A stretch of DNA of 53,220 bases from Candidatus Aminicenantales bacterium (GCA_049697055.1 JBAVVA010000087.1:1-53220), one strand, 5' to 3'; shown: positions 25,317 to 34,121, counted from the stretch's first letter. The notes: generated by a model from the letters alone, not told the origin. Numbers and translations are program-made.

Positions 25317-26505
25317 GTAAGACCTCAATCCTGTCGAACAGCAGACGGCTGAGCTCGGGCTTGGAGGCCCGGCCGGTCGGCGTCGCGCTTCCCGAGGAAT
25401 CGACCAGGAGGAGCTCGTTGTCCTCGGCCTCAAACCCGACTCCTTCTCGGGAAACATCATTGGCCGCCAGGAGATCGCACTTTTTATCTTTGAGCTTCTG
25501 CCGGGCTCTGGCCTCCACCTCTCCGGTCTCGGCGGCAAAGCCTACCAGGACCTGGTGGGTTTTTCTTCGGCCCAGTTCAGCCAGAATATCCGGGTTCCGG
25601 ACGAGCTGGACTTCCTCCGGGATATCCTGCTTTTTGATCTTGTCTGGCCATGTCCTGGCGAAACGGAAATCCGATACGGCTGCCGCCATGACCACCACGT
25701 CCGCTTGGTCGAAGCGCTTGAGGACCTCCTCTTCCATCTGGCCGGCGGATTCGACCCTGACCAGCTCGGCCCGAGGCGGGGGCACGAGCGACACCGGCCC
25801 GCTGACCAGTATGGTCTTGGCACCGCGCCGGACCGCTTCGGCGGCTAGAGAGTAGCCCATAAGCCCCGAGGAACGGTTGGACAGATACCGCACCCGATCC
25901 AGGGGTTCGCGGGTGGGCCCGGCGGTGACCAGGACCGTCCGGCCGGCCAGGCTCCGGCCGGCCAGCATGAGACGCAACCCGGCCTGGACAATCTGATCCG
26001 GAGAGGCCAGACGCCCCCAGCCCTCATCCCCGCAGGCTAAAAGGCCGCGGTCCGGCTCAACAAATTCCACCCCCCTCCCCTTGAGCCGGGCTATATTCTC
26101 CCTGGTCTGGGCATGGACGTACATGGCCTGGTTCATGGCCGGAGCGATAAGGACCGGACACTCGGCGGCCAGATAAAAAGTGCTCAGGAAATCGTCGGCG
26201 ATGCCTGCGGCGAACTTGGCCAAAACGTTGGCCGTGGCCGGAGCCACCACCAACAGCTCCGCTTCCCGGGCTAGGCGGATATGGGCGATGGTCCGCGATT
26301 CTTCCTGGTCAAAAGGGTCCAGGGCCGCCCTCCGTCCGGAAAGGGCGCTGAACAGCCGCGGCGAAACAAGCTTGGCGGCGTTGGGGGTCATGATGACCTG
26401 GACTTCCCAGCCTTCCTTTTGAAAGCCTCGCAGGATGTCCGGGGCTTTGTACAGGCTGATGGAGGAGCTGACACCCAGCACCACCAGCCGGCCTTTTTCG
26501 TTCAT
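25300..26505 (-). CDS. coaBC: Bifunctional phosphopantothenoylcysteine decarboxylase / phosphopantothenate-cysteine ligase
   Basis: A flavoprotein half (LGVSSSISLYKAPDILR) followed by a DFP ligase half. Start at ATG 26505, 7 nt after AGGAGG. Confidence 0.9.
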   Translation of the reverse strand: MNEKGRLVVLGVSSSISLYKAPDILRGFQKEGWEVQVIMTPNAAKLVSPRLFSALSGRRAALDPFDQEESRTIAHIRLAREAELLVVAPATANVLAKFAAGIADDFLSTFYLAAECPVLIAPAMNQAMYVHAQTRENIARLKGRGVEFVEPDRGLLACGDEGWGRLASPDQIVQAGLRLMLAGRSLAGRTVLVTAGPTREPLDRVRYLSNRSSGLMGYSLAAEAVRRGAKTILVSGPVSLVPPPRAELVRVESAGQMEEEVLKRFDQADVVVMAAAVSDFRFARTWPDKIKKQDIPEEVQLVRNPDILAELGRRKTHQVLVGFAAETGEVEARARQKLKDKKCDLLAANDVSREGVGFEAEDNELLLVDSSGSATPTGRASKPELSRLLFDRIEVLLGQKR

Positions 26506-26507
26506 GA

Positions 26508-27113
26508 TCATCCCTCCTGCCGATAGCTCATGAGGATGGGCCCCATCTCCTCCTGCCGAGCCTCCCGCCGGCATTTGCCGCAGATGATGATGGCCCGCAG
26601 TTCCTGAGTGGCCTTTTCCACGAGATCATTGATCACGATGTAATCGAACTCCGGGTAGGCCTCCACTTCCTTCTTGGCCGTAGCCAGCCGCTCCCGGATG
26701 GATTCGGGGGTGTTCTCGCCGCGGATCTCAAGCCTGCGCTTCAGCTCTTCCAGCCGGGAGGGCAAGACAAAGATGAAAACAGCCTGGGGGTATTTGGCCT
26801 TGAACAGACGGGCGCCCTGGACGTCGATGTCCAGGAGGAGGTCACCCTTGTGGAGCTTGGTTTCAATTTCTTTTTGAGAGGTGCCGTAATATTGGCCATG
26901 GACCACGGCCCACTCGACAAAAGCCCCTTCCTGGATCATGCGCTGGAACTCTTCCGGGGGGACGAAATAATAATCCTTGCCGAAGAGCTCCATACTCCGC
27001 TTGGGCCGGGTGGTATGGGAAACCGAGAAGTGGACCGTCTTTATTTCATTGAGCAGGCGTCGTATCAGAGTGGACTTCCCGCAACCGGAAGGGCCGGAAA
27101 TAACGTAAAGCAT
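26508..27113 (-). CDS. gmk: Guanylate kinase
   Basis: MLYVISGPSGCGKSTL P-loop. 201 aa. Confidence 0.95.
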   Translation of the reverse strand: MLYVISGPSGCGKSTLIRRLLNEIKTVHFSVSHTTRPKRSMELFGKDYYFVPPEEFQRMIQEGAFVEWAVVHGQYYGTSQKEIETKLHKGDLLLDIDVQGARLFKAKYPQAVFIFVLPSRLEELKRRLEIRGENTPESIRERLATAKKEVEAYPEFDYIVINDLVEKATQELRAIIICGKCRREARQEEMGPILMSYRQEG

Positions 27114-27135
27114 CTGGCTTCCTCTCCTACCTCTC

Positions 27136-28017
27136 TTACTCCAGATTCTGGACTTGCTGCCGGATGGCCTCTACTTCCCCCTTGAGGGTCAAACACTCCC
27201 GAGTGATGGCCAGGTCCTGAGATTTGGAGTTGATGGTGTTCGCCTCTCTAAAGATCTCCTGGGACAGAAAATCGAGCATCCGGCCCGGCGAGCCCGCCTT
27301 CTTCCGGGAAGAAAGCCAGTCCCCCACCGCCTCCAGGTGGCTCTTCAGCCGGACAATCTCCTCGGTGATATCGGAGCGCTGGACGAGGAGGGCCGTTTCC
27401 TGGGCCAGCCTTTCTTCGGACAGCGGAGCGGTGTTGGGAACCTCCCTGAGTCGCTGCCGCAGCTTCTCCCTCAACCTTCCACGCTGGGCTCGGAAGCGTC
27501 TCTCGATTCGGCCCAGGGAGCGGCGGATGGTCCGCACCTGGGACCGCAACTGGCTCTCGATGGCCCGGCCTTCACGGCGGCGGGCCCGGACCAAGTCAGC
27601 CAGGGTGCTCTCAAAGGCCCGGGCCAATATCTCCGCTTCTTTGCGGCGGAGCCCTTTATGCCGGAGCTCGACGACATTGGGAATACGGAAGACATTGTCC
27701 ACCGCGAAGCGGACTTCGCTCCGGGACCGCCCGGCCGCTTTTTTCAGCGCGTCCAGCAGCTTGGCCAGGAGCGGCTGGTTGATAAACAGTTCCCAGCCGG
27801 CCGGGTCGAGGAAAGTAATGTCCAGGCTGGCTTCCACTCGGCCGCGGCGGATGCTTTTCTGGCAGGCCGCCCTCAGCCGGTTTTCCAGTTTGCCCAAGGG
27901 AGCGCCTTTGTAGGACCAGTCCAGGTAGCGGTGGTTGAGGCTCTTCAAGCTGATCTTGGCCTGCAGGGTTGGGGAGGAGAAGCTCCGCTCGGCAAAACCG
28001 GTCATGCTCTCCATCAT
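27136..28017 (-). CDS. yicC: YicC/YloC-family protein
   Basis: MTGFAE N-terminus. C-terminus NTINSKSQD...LKGEVEAIRQQVQNLE. The classic yicC-gmk adjacency is present. Confidence 0.85.
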   Translation of the reverse strand: MMESMTGFAERSFSSPTLQAKISLKSLNHRYLDWSYKGAPLGKLENRLRAACQKSIRRGRVEASLDITFLDPAGWELFINQPLLAKLLDALKKAAGRSRSEVRFAVDNVFRIPNVVELRHKGLRRKEAEILARAFESTLADLVRARRREGRAIESQLRSQVRTIRRSLGRIERRFRAQRGRLREKLRQRLREVPNTAPLSEERLAQETALLVQRSDITEEIVRLKSHLEAVGDWLSSRKKAGSPGRMLDFLSQEIFREANTINSKSQDLAITRECLTLKGEVEAIRQQVQNLE

Positions 28018-29822
28018 CGGGCTCTCTCCTCATCCTCGGGGAACTGCAGCTCGTAGAGATGTTGGTAGATTCCGTCCAGCCGACAGAGTTCCTCGTGGGT
28101 GCCCGATTCAGCGATTCGTCCGTTATCGATGACAAAGATCTTGTCGGCGCTGCGCACTGTTGACAGCCGGTGGGCGATGATCAGGGTGGTCCGGTCCTTC
28201 ATGATGTTGTCCAGGGCCTCCTGGATGAGACGCTCCGATTCGTAATCCAGGGCCGAAGTAGCCTCATCCAGGATGAGAATGGGCGGATCCTTGAGCAGGG
28301 CCCGGGCGATGGCGATTCGCTGGCGCTGGCCGCTCGACAGCAGCCCGCCCCTCTCGCCGATCAGGGTATCGTAGCCGGAAGGCAGGGCCATGATGAAATC
28401 ATGGGCCATGGCCGCCTGGGCCGCCCGAACGATCCGTTCCTCGGGAATATCCCCCAGCCCATAAGCGATGTTGCGGCGGATGGTATCGTTGAAGAGGATA
28501 ATGTCCTGAGTCACCAGCCCCAGCTGGGCCCGCAACGAATCGAGCTGGACCTCGCGGATATCGATACCGTCGATGGTGATCCGGCCCGTGCCGGGGTCGT
28601 AGAAACGGGCCAATAAGTTAATGACCGTCGTCTTGCCGGCACCGCTCAGCCCGACAAGGGCGGCCGTGGTGCAGGCCGGCACCTCGAAATCGATATCCCG
28701 CAGGGCGGGCCTGCTCTGGTTGTAGCTGAAGGAGACGTCCTCGAAGCGCACAGCGCCTTTGACCTTAGGCAGCGGATAGGCCTGGGGGCTGTCCTGGATC
28801 GCCGGCGCCGCCTCCAGCACCTCCTGGATACGCTCGTGGCAGGCCACCGCTTGCTGGATGGAGTTATTGGCCTTGCTCAGACGCTTGATGGGCATGTACA
28901 TCATGAACATGGCCGCGACGAAAGCGCCGAAATCGCCGGCGCTGATGACGCCCTCACCGATGCGGCGCGACCCGACATAGAGGATGAAGGCGCCCACCGC
29001 GCCGCCCAGGAATTCCATGAAGGGCGAGCTGAGGCTGGAGATCCAGGCCAGCTTGAGGCTCGTCCGGAAGTAGTTCCGCGTCGCCTGGATAAATTTCTTC
29101 AGTTCGTACTTCTCCATAGTGAAGGCTTTGACCACCTTGTGGCCGGTGATGGTCTCGTGGAGCAGGTTATAGATGCCGGCCATCTCCACCTGGTTGCGGA
29201 GCCCCTTCTTTTTCAGCGCCCGGCTGAAGGCGGCCAGGGGGATGGCCGCCAGGGGGGCGACCACGAAGGACACCAGAGCCAAATGCCAGTCGATGACGAA
29301 GATTCCGACCAGCAAAGCCAGCAGGGTAAACAGCTCCTCGATGAAATCGCCCAGGCTGCCGGAGAGGGCTTGCTGGATTTTGTCCACGTCATTGGTCAGG
29401 CGGGACATCAGGTCGCCGGTGGGGTTGTGGTCAAAGTAGTCGGAGGACTGATAGAGGATATGGCCAAACAAGTCGTCGCGCATTCTTTTAACGACCCGGT
29501 GGCCGACGGCCTTCATAAAATAAGAGGACAGGAAGGTGAACAGGCCCTTGCCGAAGATGACCGCCATCAAGATCCAGGGAATGGCCGCCAGGATCCGTTC
29601 GGGGGGGATGTGCAAGATGCGGAAGACAATATCCATGAAACGCTTCTTGCCCGGCAATCCCACGACGACCGGCGCGCGGAGGAACATCTGGTCGATGATG
29701 GGCTGGACCAGTTGGAAGAAGACATAGGTGAAGCCGGCCAAGAACAGGGCGCACAAGAACGATAAACCCAGCCATTTCCTCTCCTGAAGGGCGAGTTTGA
29801 ATAGCTGGATGAGTTGTTTCAT
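28014..29822 (-). CDS. MsbA-like ABC exporter (fused permease and ATPase)
   Basis: 602 aa. Six-TM domain. Walker A GLSGAGKTT. Signature LSSGQRQR. Walker B ILILDEATS. Confidence 0.85.
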   Translation of the reverse strand: MKQLIQLFKLALQERKWLGLSFLCALFLAGFTYVFFQLVQPIIDQMFLRAPVVVGLPGKKRFMDIVFRILHIPPERILAAIPWILMAVIFGKGLFTFLSSYFMKAVGHRVVKRMRDDLFGHILYQSSDYFDHNPTGDLMSRLTNDVDKIQQALSGSLGDFIEELFTLLALLVGIFVIDWHLALVSFVVAPLAAIPLAAFSRALKKKGLRNQVEMAGIYNLLHETITGHKVVKAFTMEKYELKKFIQATRNYFRTSLKLAWISSLSSPFMEFLGGAVGAFILYVGSRRIGEGVISAGDFGAFVAAMFMMYMPIKRLSKANNSIQQAVACHERIQEVLEAAPAIQDSPQAYPLPKVKGAVRFEDVSFSYNQSRPALRDIDFEVPACTTAALVGLSGAGKTTVINLLARFYDPGTGRITIDGIDIREVQLDSLRAQLGLVTQDIILFNDTIRRNIAYGLGDIPEERIVRAAQAAMAHDFIMALPSGYDTLIGERGGLLSSGQRQRIAIARALLKDPPILILDEATSALDYESERLIQEALDNIMKDRTTLIIAHRLSTVRSADKIFVIDNGRIAESGTHEELCRLDGIYQHLYELQFPEDEERAR

Positions 29823-29828
29823 CGCCGG

Positions 29829-30854
29829 TCAGTGGGCCTTCTCAGCCAGCAGGGCCTTAGCCATCTCCAGCCCGTTCAAGGCGGAGCCGCAGGTCAGGTT
29901 GTCGGCCACCGTCCAGATCCAAAAACTCCCCGGAAAGAGGTTCTCCTTCTTGACCTGGCCGATGAAGATCTCCTCCCGGCCGGTGACGGATATGCAGGAA
30001 ACCGAGCACGGCTCGTCCGCGGCGCTGTCCTTGAGCAGGGGGCTTTGGTGAAGGAGCGTTTTCATCCCCTCCAGGTCGATCTCTTTATTCAGCTCTAGAT
30101 AGCACATCACGGCATAAGTATGGAATAGAGAGGCCTGAATGATGGACAGGGACAAAGGAAAGCTCGGCTGCTCCAGGACGATGGCCATCTCTGACACGAT
30201 CTGTCGCTCGCCGGCCGAGAAGCCGGAGGGGTCCGTCGGGCCGGTGGGGGACAGGAGGTTGAAGGCCGATTGCTGTTTGAAGACCTTGGTGGGCAACGAT
30301 GTGCCGGACAGCAGAGAGACGCTTTGGCCGGCCAACTCCTCGATGCCCGACTGCCCCAAAGCCGAGGCGGGCTGTAAGACGATGCCGATGACTTTGGCCA
30401 GGCCCAGCTGCCGGTGGAGGGGATGGAGAAGGTGGGCCAGGATGATCGTCACCGGGTGAGGGTTGGAGACCAGGGGGGGCTTGGACCGCAGGAGATGATC
30501 ATTGACGCCGGCCACGATAAGGGGAACGTCGCTCCGGCCGATGAAAGACTCATTCAGGTCGATGGCCTGAAAGCCGAGTTTCTTGGCCAGCGCGCCGTAA
30601 GTTCGGTTGGTCTCCAGGTCGGCGGCAAAAAAGACCAGATCCTGGCCTTCCAGGGACTCCGGGCTGAGACGATGGACGACTTTGGGCTCGTCCCGGAACT
30701 GGGACAGGCGACTGAATTCTTCCTCGACGTCCGGGTCATAGAACTCAACGCTGCGGAAAAGGAGGTCGCTCTCGGCCAGGACACGTCGGATCTCCTGGCC
30801 GCGGAGGGACTGGGTCCCGACCAGGGCAATTTTATATCCGGTCTTGGCGCTCAT
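29829..30854 (-). CDS. Aspartate-semialdehyde dehydrogenase-like protein lacking the catalytic Cys
   Basis: Collinear with Asd over 341 aa. SNPHPVT replaces the ANPNCST active-site loop, and the GxxGxxG motif is degenerate (GTQSLRG). Confidence 0.7.
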   Translation of the reverse strand: MSAKTGYKIALVGTQSLRGQEIRRVLAESDLLFRSVEFYDPDVEEEFSRLSQFRDEPKVVHRLSPESLEGQDLVFFAADLETNRTYGALAKKLGFQAIDLNESFIGRSDVPLIVAGVNDHLLRSKPPLVSNPHPVTIILAHLLHPLHRQLGLAKVIGIVLQPASALGQSGIEELAGQSVSLLSGTSLPTKVFKQQSAFNLLSPTGPTDPSGFSAGERQIVSEMAIVLEQPSFPLSLSIIQASLFHTYAVMCYLELNKEIDLEGMKTLLHQSPLLKDSAADEPCSVSCISVTGREEIFIGQVKKENLFPGSFWIWTVADNLTCGSALNGLEMAKALLAEKAH

Positions 30855-30873
30855 GACGAAGGGAAAAAGGGGG

Positions 30874-31095
30874 TCAGCGGGACTTCTGGTACTCGGCCAT
30901 CATCTGGTACATCTTGTCCTTGAGGGCCAGTTTCCGCTTTTTGAGCTCGACCTCCTCCAGCTTTTCCTGCTCGGTGAGAAAACTCTTTTTCTGGAACAAT
31001 CTCAGCCGCTCTTCATGCTGCCGATGCTCTTCAAAGATACGCTTGAAGTCCTCGCTCTCGCGGAGTAAGCGCTCCTTGAGCTCATTTTCGTCCAT
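30874..31095 (-). CDS. DUF465 / YdcH-like small coiled-coil protein
   Basis: Contains HRQHEERLRLFQKKSFLTEQEKLEEVELKKRKLALKDKM. ATG 31095 lies 7 nt after GGAGGA. The ORF is open to 31110. Confidence 0.7.
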   Translation of the reverse strand: MDENELKERLLRESEDFKRIFEEHRQHEERLRLFQKKSFLTEQEKLEEVELKKRKLALKDKMYQMMAEYQKSR

Positions 31096-31196
31096 ACGGA
31101 CTTCCTCCATTTACAGGATAACACAACGAATAGGGCATTTCAATTTGCCTCCCCAAGGGGGGACTTGTGTTGAAGCGAATGGTAAGAATGTGGCTC

Positions 31197-31394
31197 AGGG
31201 GCTGGGGGAGGGCTTCGGCGCCTGGCCGCGGTTCTTCACGCCGCGGAATCTCCGGCTTTCTCGGCGGTTGCGCAACTCGCTTCCTGCGGAAGCTCAAACA
31301 TGCTCACCTGCCGACAAGAATATGTCAGAAGCCTTCGAAACCCGTCGATTCCGGGCTGAACCGCTCATGGCGCCTCGCTCCTCTCCCAGCCCCT
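31197..31394 (-). repeat. Copy C (inverted orientation) of the unclassified structured intergenic element
   Basis: Its reverse complement aligns block by block with 45142-45388. Closing helix AGGGGCTGGG (31197-31206) / CCCAGCCCCT (31385-31394). Core gaagctcaaacatgc at 31289-31303. Confidence 0.55.
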
Positions 31395-31520
31395 CTACAC
31401 CAATAGAGAGGCAACTACACAATTTGTCATAAAGCTTTTCCGGCCAAAACCCAAGCCTCTGCTGCTTTCTTAACTGTGCTTGCCAGACGATCGGAGAAGC
31501 TTACTGTCTGGGCCAGAGGA

Positions 31521-32516
31521 TTAAGGCTGCAAATTGAGCTTAGAAAGGAAATGCCGCTCCAGACGGCTGGCCAGGCCGGACCAAGTGAATTCCTGTATCT
31601 GGCGGTACCCGGCCTCGGCCAGCCGGAGACGAAGCTCACGGTCCCGGATCAGGCGCTCGATGGCCCTCCTCAGCAAGAAGGGCAACGGCCAGGGGACGAC
31701 CAGGGCGGTCTGTCCGGGGAAGGCGAAATCCCGCGTGCCGCTGGAAGTGCAGACCACGGCCACCCGGCAGGCCATGGCCTCGGCCGCCGTGTTCGCCCAG
31801 CCGGCGCGCCTCTCGGCGCTGACGAAGATGTCCGCCCTGGAAAAAAGCGGGGCCAGGCGGTCCTGGGGAAGGTCCAAATGGAATTCATGAGCCAGCCGGG
31901 TCTTCAAAAGCGGGCGGGGGTCTCGCCTGTCCTGGCCGACCCTGGTATCAAACAGGATGAGCTTCAAGCGCGGATAGCGGGAGGCCAGGCCGTTCACCGC
32001 CTTCACCGCCTGCTGGATGCCCTTGCGTTTCTTATACAATCGGCCGTAGCACAAAATGCGGATCTCACCCGCCGGCCTTTCTTCAGGATCGGCGGCGGGA
32101 TAAAAAATTTCCGGGTTAACGCCGCCGGCGGCTTTGAAACAGTCCAGCCCGTATTTTCTGCGGAGGCGACGGCAAAGTCCTTCGGAGTTGGCCAGAAAAA
32201 AATAAGGTTTTCGGGCCGCCTCACGCTCCTGCTTGTGACCGGCCAGGACAAAATAGAAATACTTCGTCTTGGCCCGCAGCTTGTCAAAAAAGGGGAGGAT
32301 AGAATACTCGCTGCAGAGGCCGACATCAAAGGCCTCCTGGTCCAGAGCTGCCCAGGGCCGGGCTTCCCCCCTGAAAGCCAGCCAGCCAGGCTTTCCGCCT
32401 TCCGGATGGAAGAGGACAAAGCTGTGCCCCCGCCGGACGAGCTCATTTCCCAGCTCCAAATAGCGCCGGACGCCGCCGAAGACCTCGACATGGGGCAGCA
32501 GGGCCGCAATGCGCAT
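31521..32516 (-). CDS. GT-B fold glycosyltransferase (GT4/GT1-like)
   Basis: 331 aa. N-terminus MRIAALLPHVEVFGGVRRYLELGNELVRRGH. C-terminal region has E-x7-E-like features. Confidence 0.8.
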   Translation of the reverse strand: MRIAALLPHVEVFGGVRRYLELGNELVRRGHSFVLFHPEGGKPGWLAFRGEARPWAALDQEAFDVGLCSEYSILPFFDKLRAKTKYFYFVLAGHKQEREAARKPYFFLANSEGLCRRLRRKYGLDCFKAAGGVNPEIFYPAADPEERPAGEIRILCYGRLYKKRKGIQQAVKAVNGLASRYPRLKLILFDTRVGQDRRDPRPLLKTRLAHEFHLDLPQDRLAPLFSRADIFVSAERRAGWANTAAEAMACRVAVVCTSSGTRDFAFPGQTALVVPWPLPFLLRRAIERLIRDRELRLRLAEAGYRQIQEFTWSGLASRLERHFLSKLNLQP

Positions 32517-32562
32517 ATTTTTAGATATTTTACCAGATTTTTCATTTGTCTGAGAGAGAGAT

Positions 32563-32722
32563 GGTCGGGGCAGTCGCAGCGACCATCAGGGAAGGTTTAG
32601 CCTTTCTGAGCGGGCTTCGAAGGAACCCCGTTCTTCGGGGCGCCGAGGATGTTTGAGCTTCTTGATCACCAGGGAAGATGTCGGGAAGAACAAGAAGCTA
32701 ATGTTTTAAGCTATTTTTTTTA
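32563..32722 (+). repeat. Copy A (5' half only) of the structured intergenic element, ending in a hairpin plus T-tract
   Basis: 32563-32667 aligns with 45142-45244, including a 30-nt identical core at 32638-32667. AGCTTCTTG (32656-32664) pairs with CAAGAAGCT (32691-32699). A T8 run lies at 32714-32721. Confidence 0.55.
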
Positions 32723-32758
32723 TCTTCCCTCATGGTAAAATATCCCGGTCGGGGACGA

Positions 32759-33487
32759 ATGGACAAGACACTGATCGGCCGGGTCATCCGCAAGAAACGG
32801 ACACAGAAAGGCTATACCCAGAAGCAGGTGGGGGAGGCGGCCGGAGTCAAACCCTCCTACATCGCCCGGATCGAGAACGGCAAGGCCAATTTTACCATCG
32901 AGAAACTGTTGAAAATCGCCGTGTTCCTGGAGGTCCCGCCTTACGCCCTATTCGACACCAAGCCCCTCATCCCCTTCCGCCCCAAAACTCCCAAGCTCAT
33001 CTTCAACTCCCCCCAGGCTGACTACCAGGCCGTCAAGGTCTTCGCTAATCCAAATATCCTGAGTCCCGGCACCGAGATCAGCGAGCTCATCCCCCTGGAC
33101 TATGTGCCCCTGCACAAGAGCCTGCTGCCCCAGGCCGGAGGCGACGTGAAAGACCGCATCATCGCTTTCTCCATATCCGACAACAGCATGGCCCCGGCTA
33201 TCATCAAAGGCTCTCTTGTCTGGGTGGACCGTTTGGACATCGAGCCGCGGGCCGGCCAAATCTACGCCTTTCTCCTGCGAGAGGCCTCCACCGCCGTGAC
33301 CGTCAAGCGTCTGACCAAAATCGACCGCCATTTCTTGATCATCGACGGCGACAACCAGGACCCGGCCTGCCGCCGCGCGGAAGAGCTGAAGGATTATCCC
33401 ATGGTCCTCCATTTTAAAAAGACAGAAGCTGAGGACACTCCCCTAGTCCGCGGCCGGGTCATCTGGGTCCTGAACCGCCTCCTTTAG
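32759..33487 (+). CDS. XRE-family HTH repressor fused to an S24 (LexA/CI-like) self-cleaving peptidase domain
   Basis: HTH segment YTQKQVGEAAGVKPSYIARIENGK. S24 Ser in DNSMAP and Lys in VTVKRL. Upstream extended -10 TGgTAAAAT at 32733-32741. Confidence 0.85.
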   Translation: MDKTLIGRVIRKKRTQKGYTQKQVGEAAGVKPSYIARIENGKANFTIEKLLKIAVFLEVPPYALFDTKPLIPFRPKTPKLIFNSPQADYQAVKVFANPNILSPGTEISELIPLDYVPLHKSLLPQAGGDVKDRIIAFSISDNSMAPAIIKGSLVWVDRLDIEPRAGQIYAFLLREASTAVTVKRLTKIDRHFLIIDGDNQDPACRRAEELKDYPMVLHFKKTEAEDTPLVRGRVIWVLNRLL

Positions 33488-33548
33488 ATATTGACATTCG
33501 CGCAAATATGCCTATAGTAAAAGATAATTTGTTAAGGAGGAAGATATC

Positions 33549-33911
33549 ATGAGCAGAGACCTTTCCAAGCTGGGCGGAATTATCCAGGCTCTATTCGGAG
33601 CGGCCGGTAAGTTCATTCCGGGAGCGACAGATGTCCTGAGCCCACAGCAGCCGGTGACTCTTCAGGGCAACATCTTTAACATGGTCTCCGGCGCCCTGCT
33701 TTTCCTGGTGAGCTTTGGGAGTTCCGGCCTCACCAAATTATTTGGCGTGATCATAGGGCTGGTCAATGCCGCAGCCGGCGTGCTGGTCCTGACCCACAAA
33801 ACCAACCTCATACCCAGCTTCCAGCTCAACACGGGAACACCCCAGACCGTCCTCTACTTCGTCATCGCCGCCATCGGCCTCCTCAGCGTCTTCATCAGAA
33901 AAAAGAAGTAA
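33549..33911 (+). CDS. Small integral membrane protein of unknown function (about 3 TM segments)
   Basis: 120 aa. AAGGAGG RBS. Hydrophobic segments and a KKK C-terminus. Confidence 0.6.
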   Translation: MSRDLSKLGGIIQALFGAAGKFIPGATDVLSPQQPVTLQGNIFNMVSGALLFLVSFGSSGLTKLFGVIIGLVNAAAGVLVLTHKTNLIPSFQLNTGTPQTVLYFVIAAIGLLSVFIRKKK

Positions 33912-33978
33912 GGTCTCAAACTGAGCTCTGGATTATAGAGAGGGGCGACTTCCGGCCAGGCGAACGGCCGCCTCATTC

Positions 33979-34007
33979 TTGACTTTGCAAAAAGGAAAAA
34001 ATATACT
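33979..34007 (+). promoter_or_regulatory. sigma70 promoter TTGACT-N17-TATACT for tRNA-Phe
   Basis: Hexamers at 33979-33984 and 34002-34007, about 40 nt upstream of the tRNA. Confidence 0.6.
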
Positions 34008-34048
34008 TCCCGCATCGCTGAGCGGGAGTCCATCAGCGCGCTTCGACT

Positions 34049-34121
34049 GGCCAGGTAGCTCAGTCGGTAGAGCGAGAGACTGAAAATCTCTGCGTCGGCG
34101 GTTCGATTCCGTCCCTGGCCA
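34049..34121 (+). tRNA. tRNA-Phe (anticodon GAA)
   Basis: 73-nt cloverleaf. Acceptor stem GGCCAGG/CCTGGCC. D arm GCTC/GAGC. Anticodon stem AGAGA/TCTCT with loop CTGAAAA. T loop TTCGATT. CCA is not encoded. Confidence 0.95.

Noticed and set aside
25317-25538. N-terminal extension of the UDG ORF, back to the first in-frame M of the ORF-track translation
   Set aside because: It overlaps the 3' end of coaBC in another frame and is Arg/Pro/Ser-rich. The recognisable UDG domain begins downstream, and a TTG with a GAGG RBS at 25316 is more plausible.
32563-34121. Integrated prophage or genomic island at tRNA-Phe
   Set aside because: There is no integrase, no duplicated tRNA 3' segment (att) and no structural phage genes. 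Only the repressor-like gene and one small membrane protein are present.
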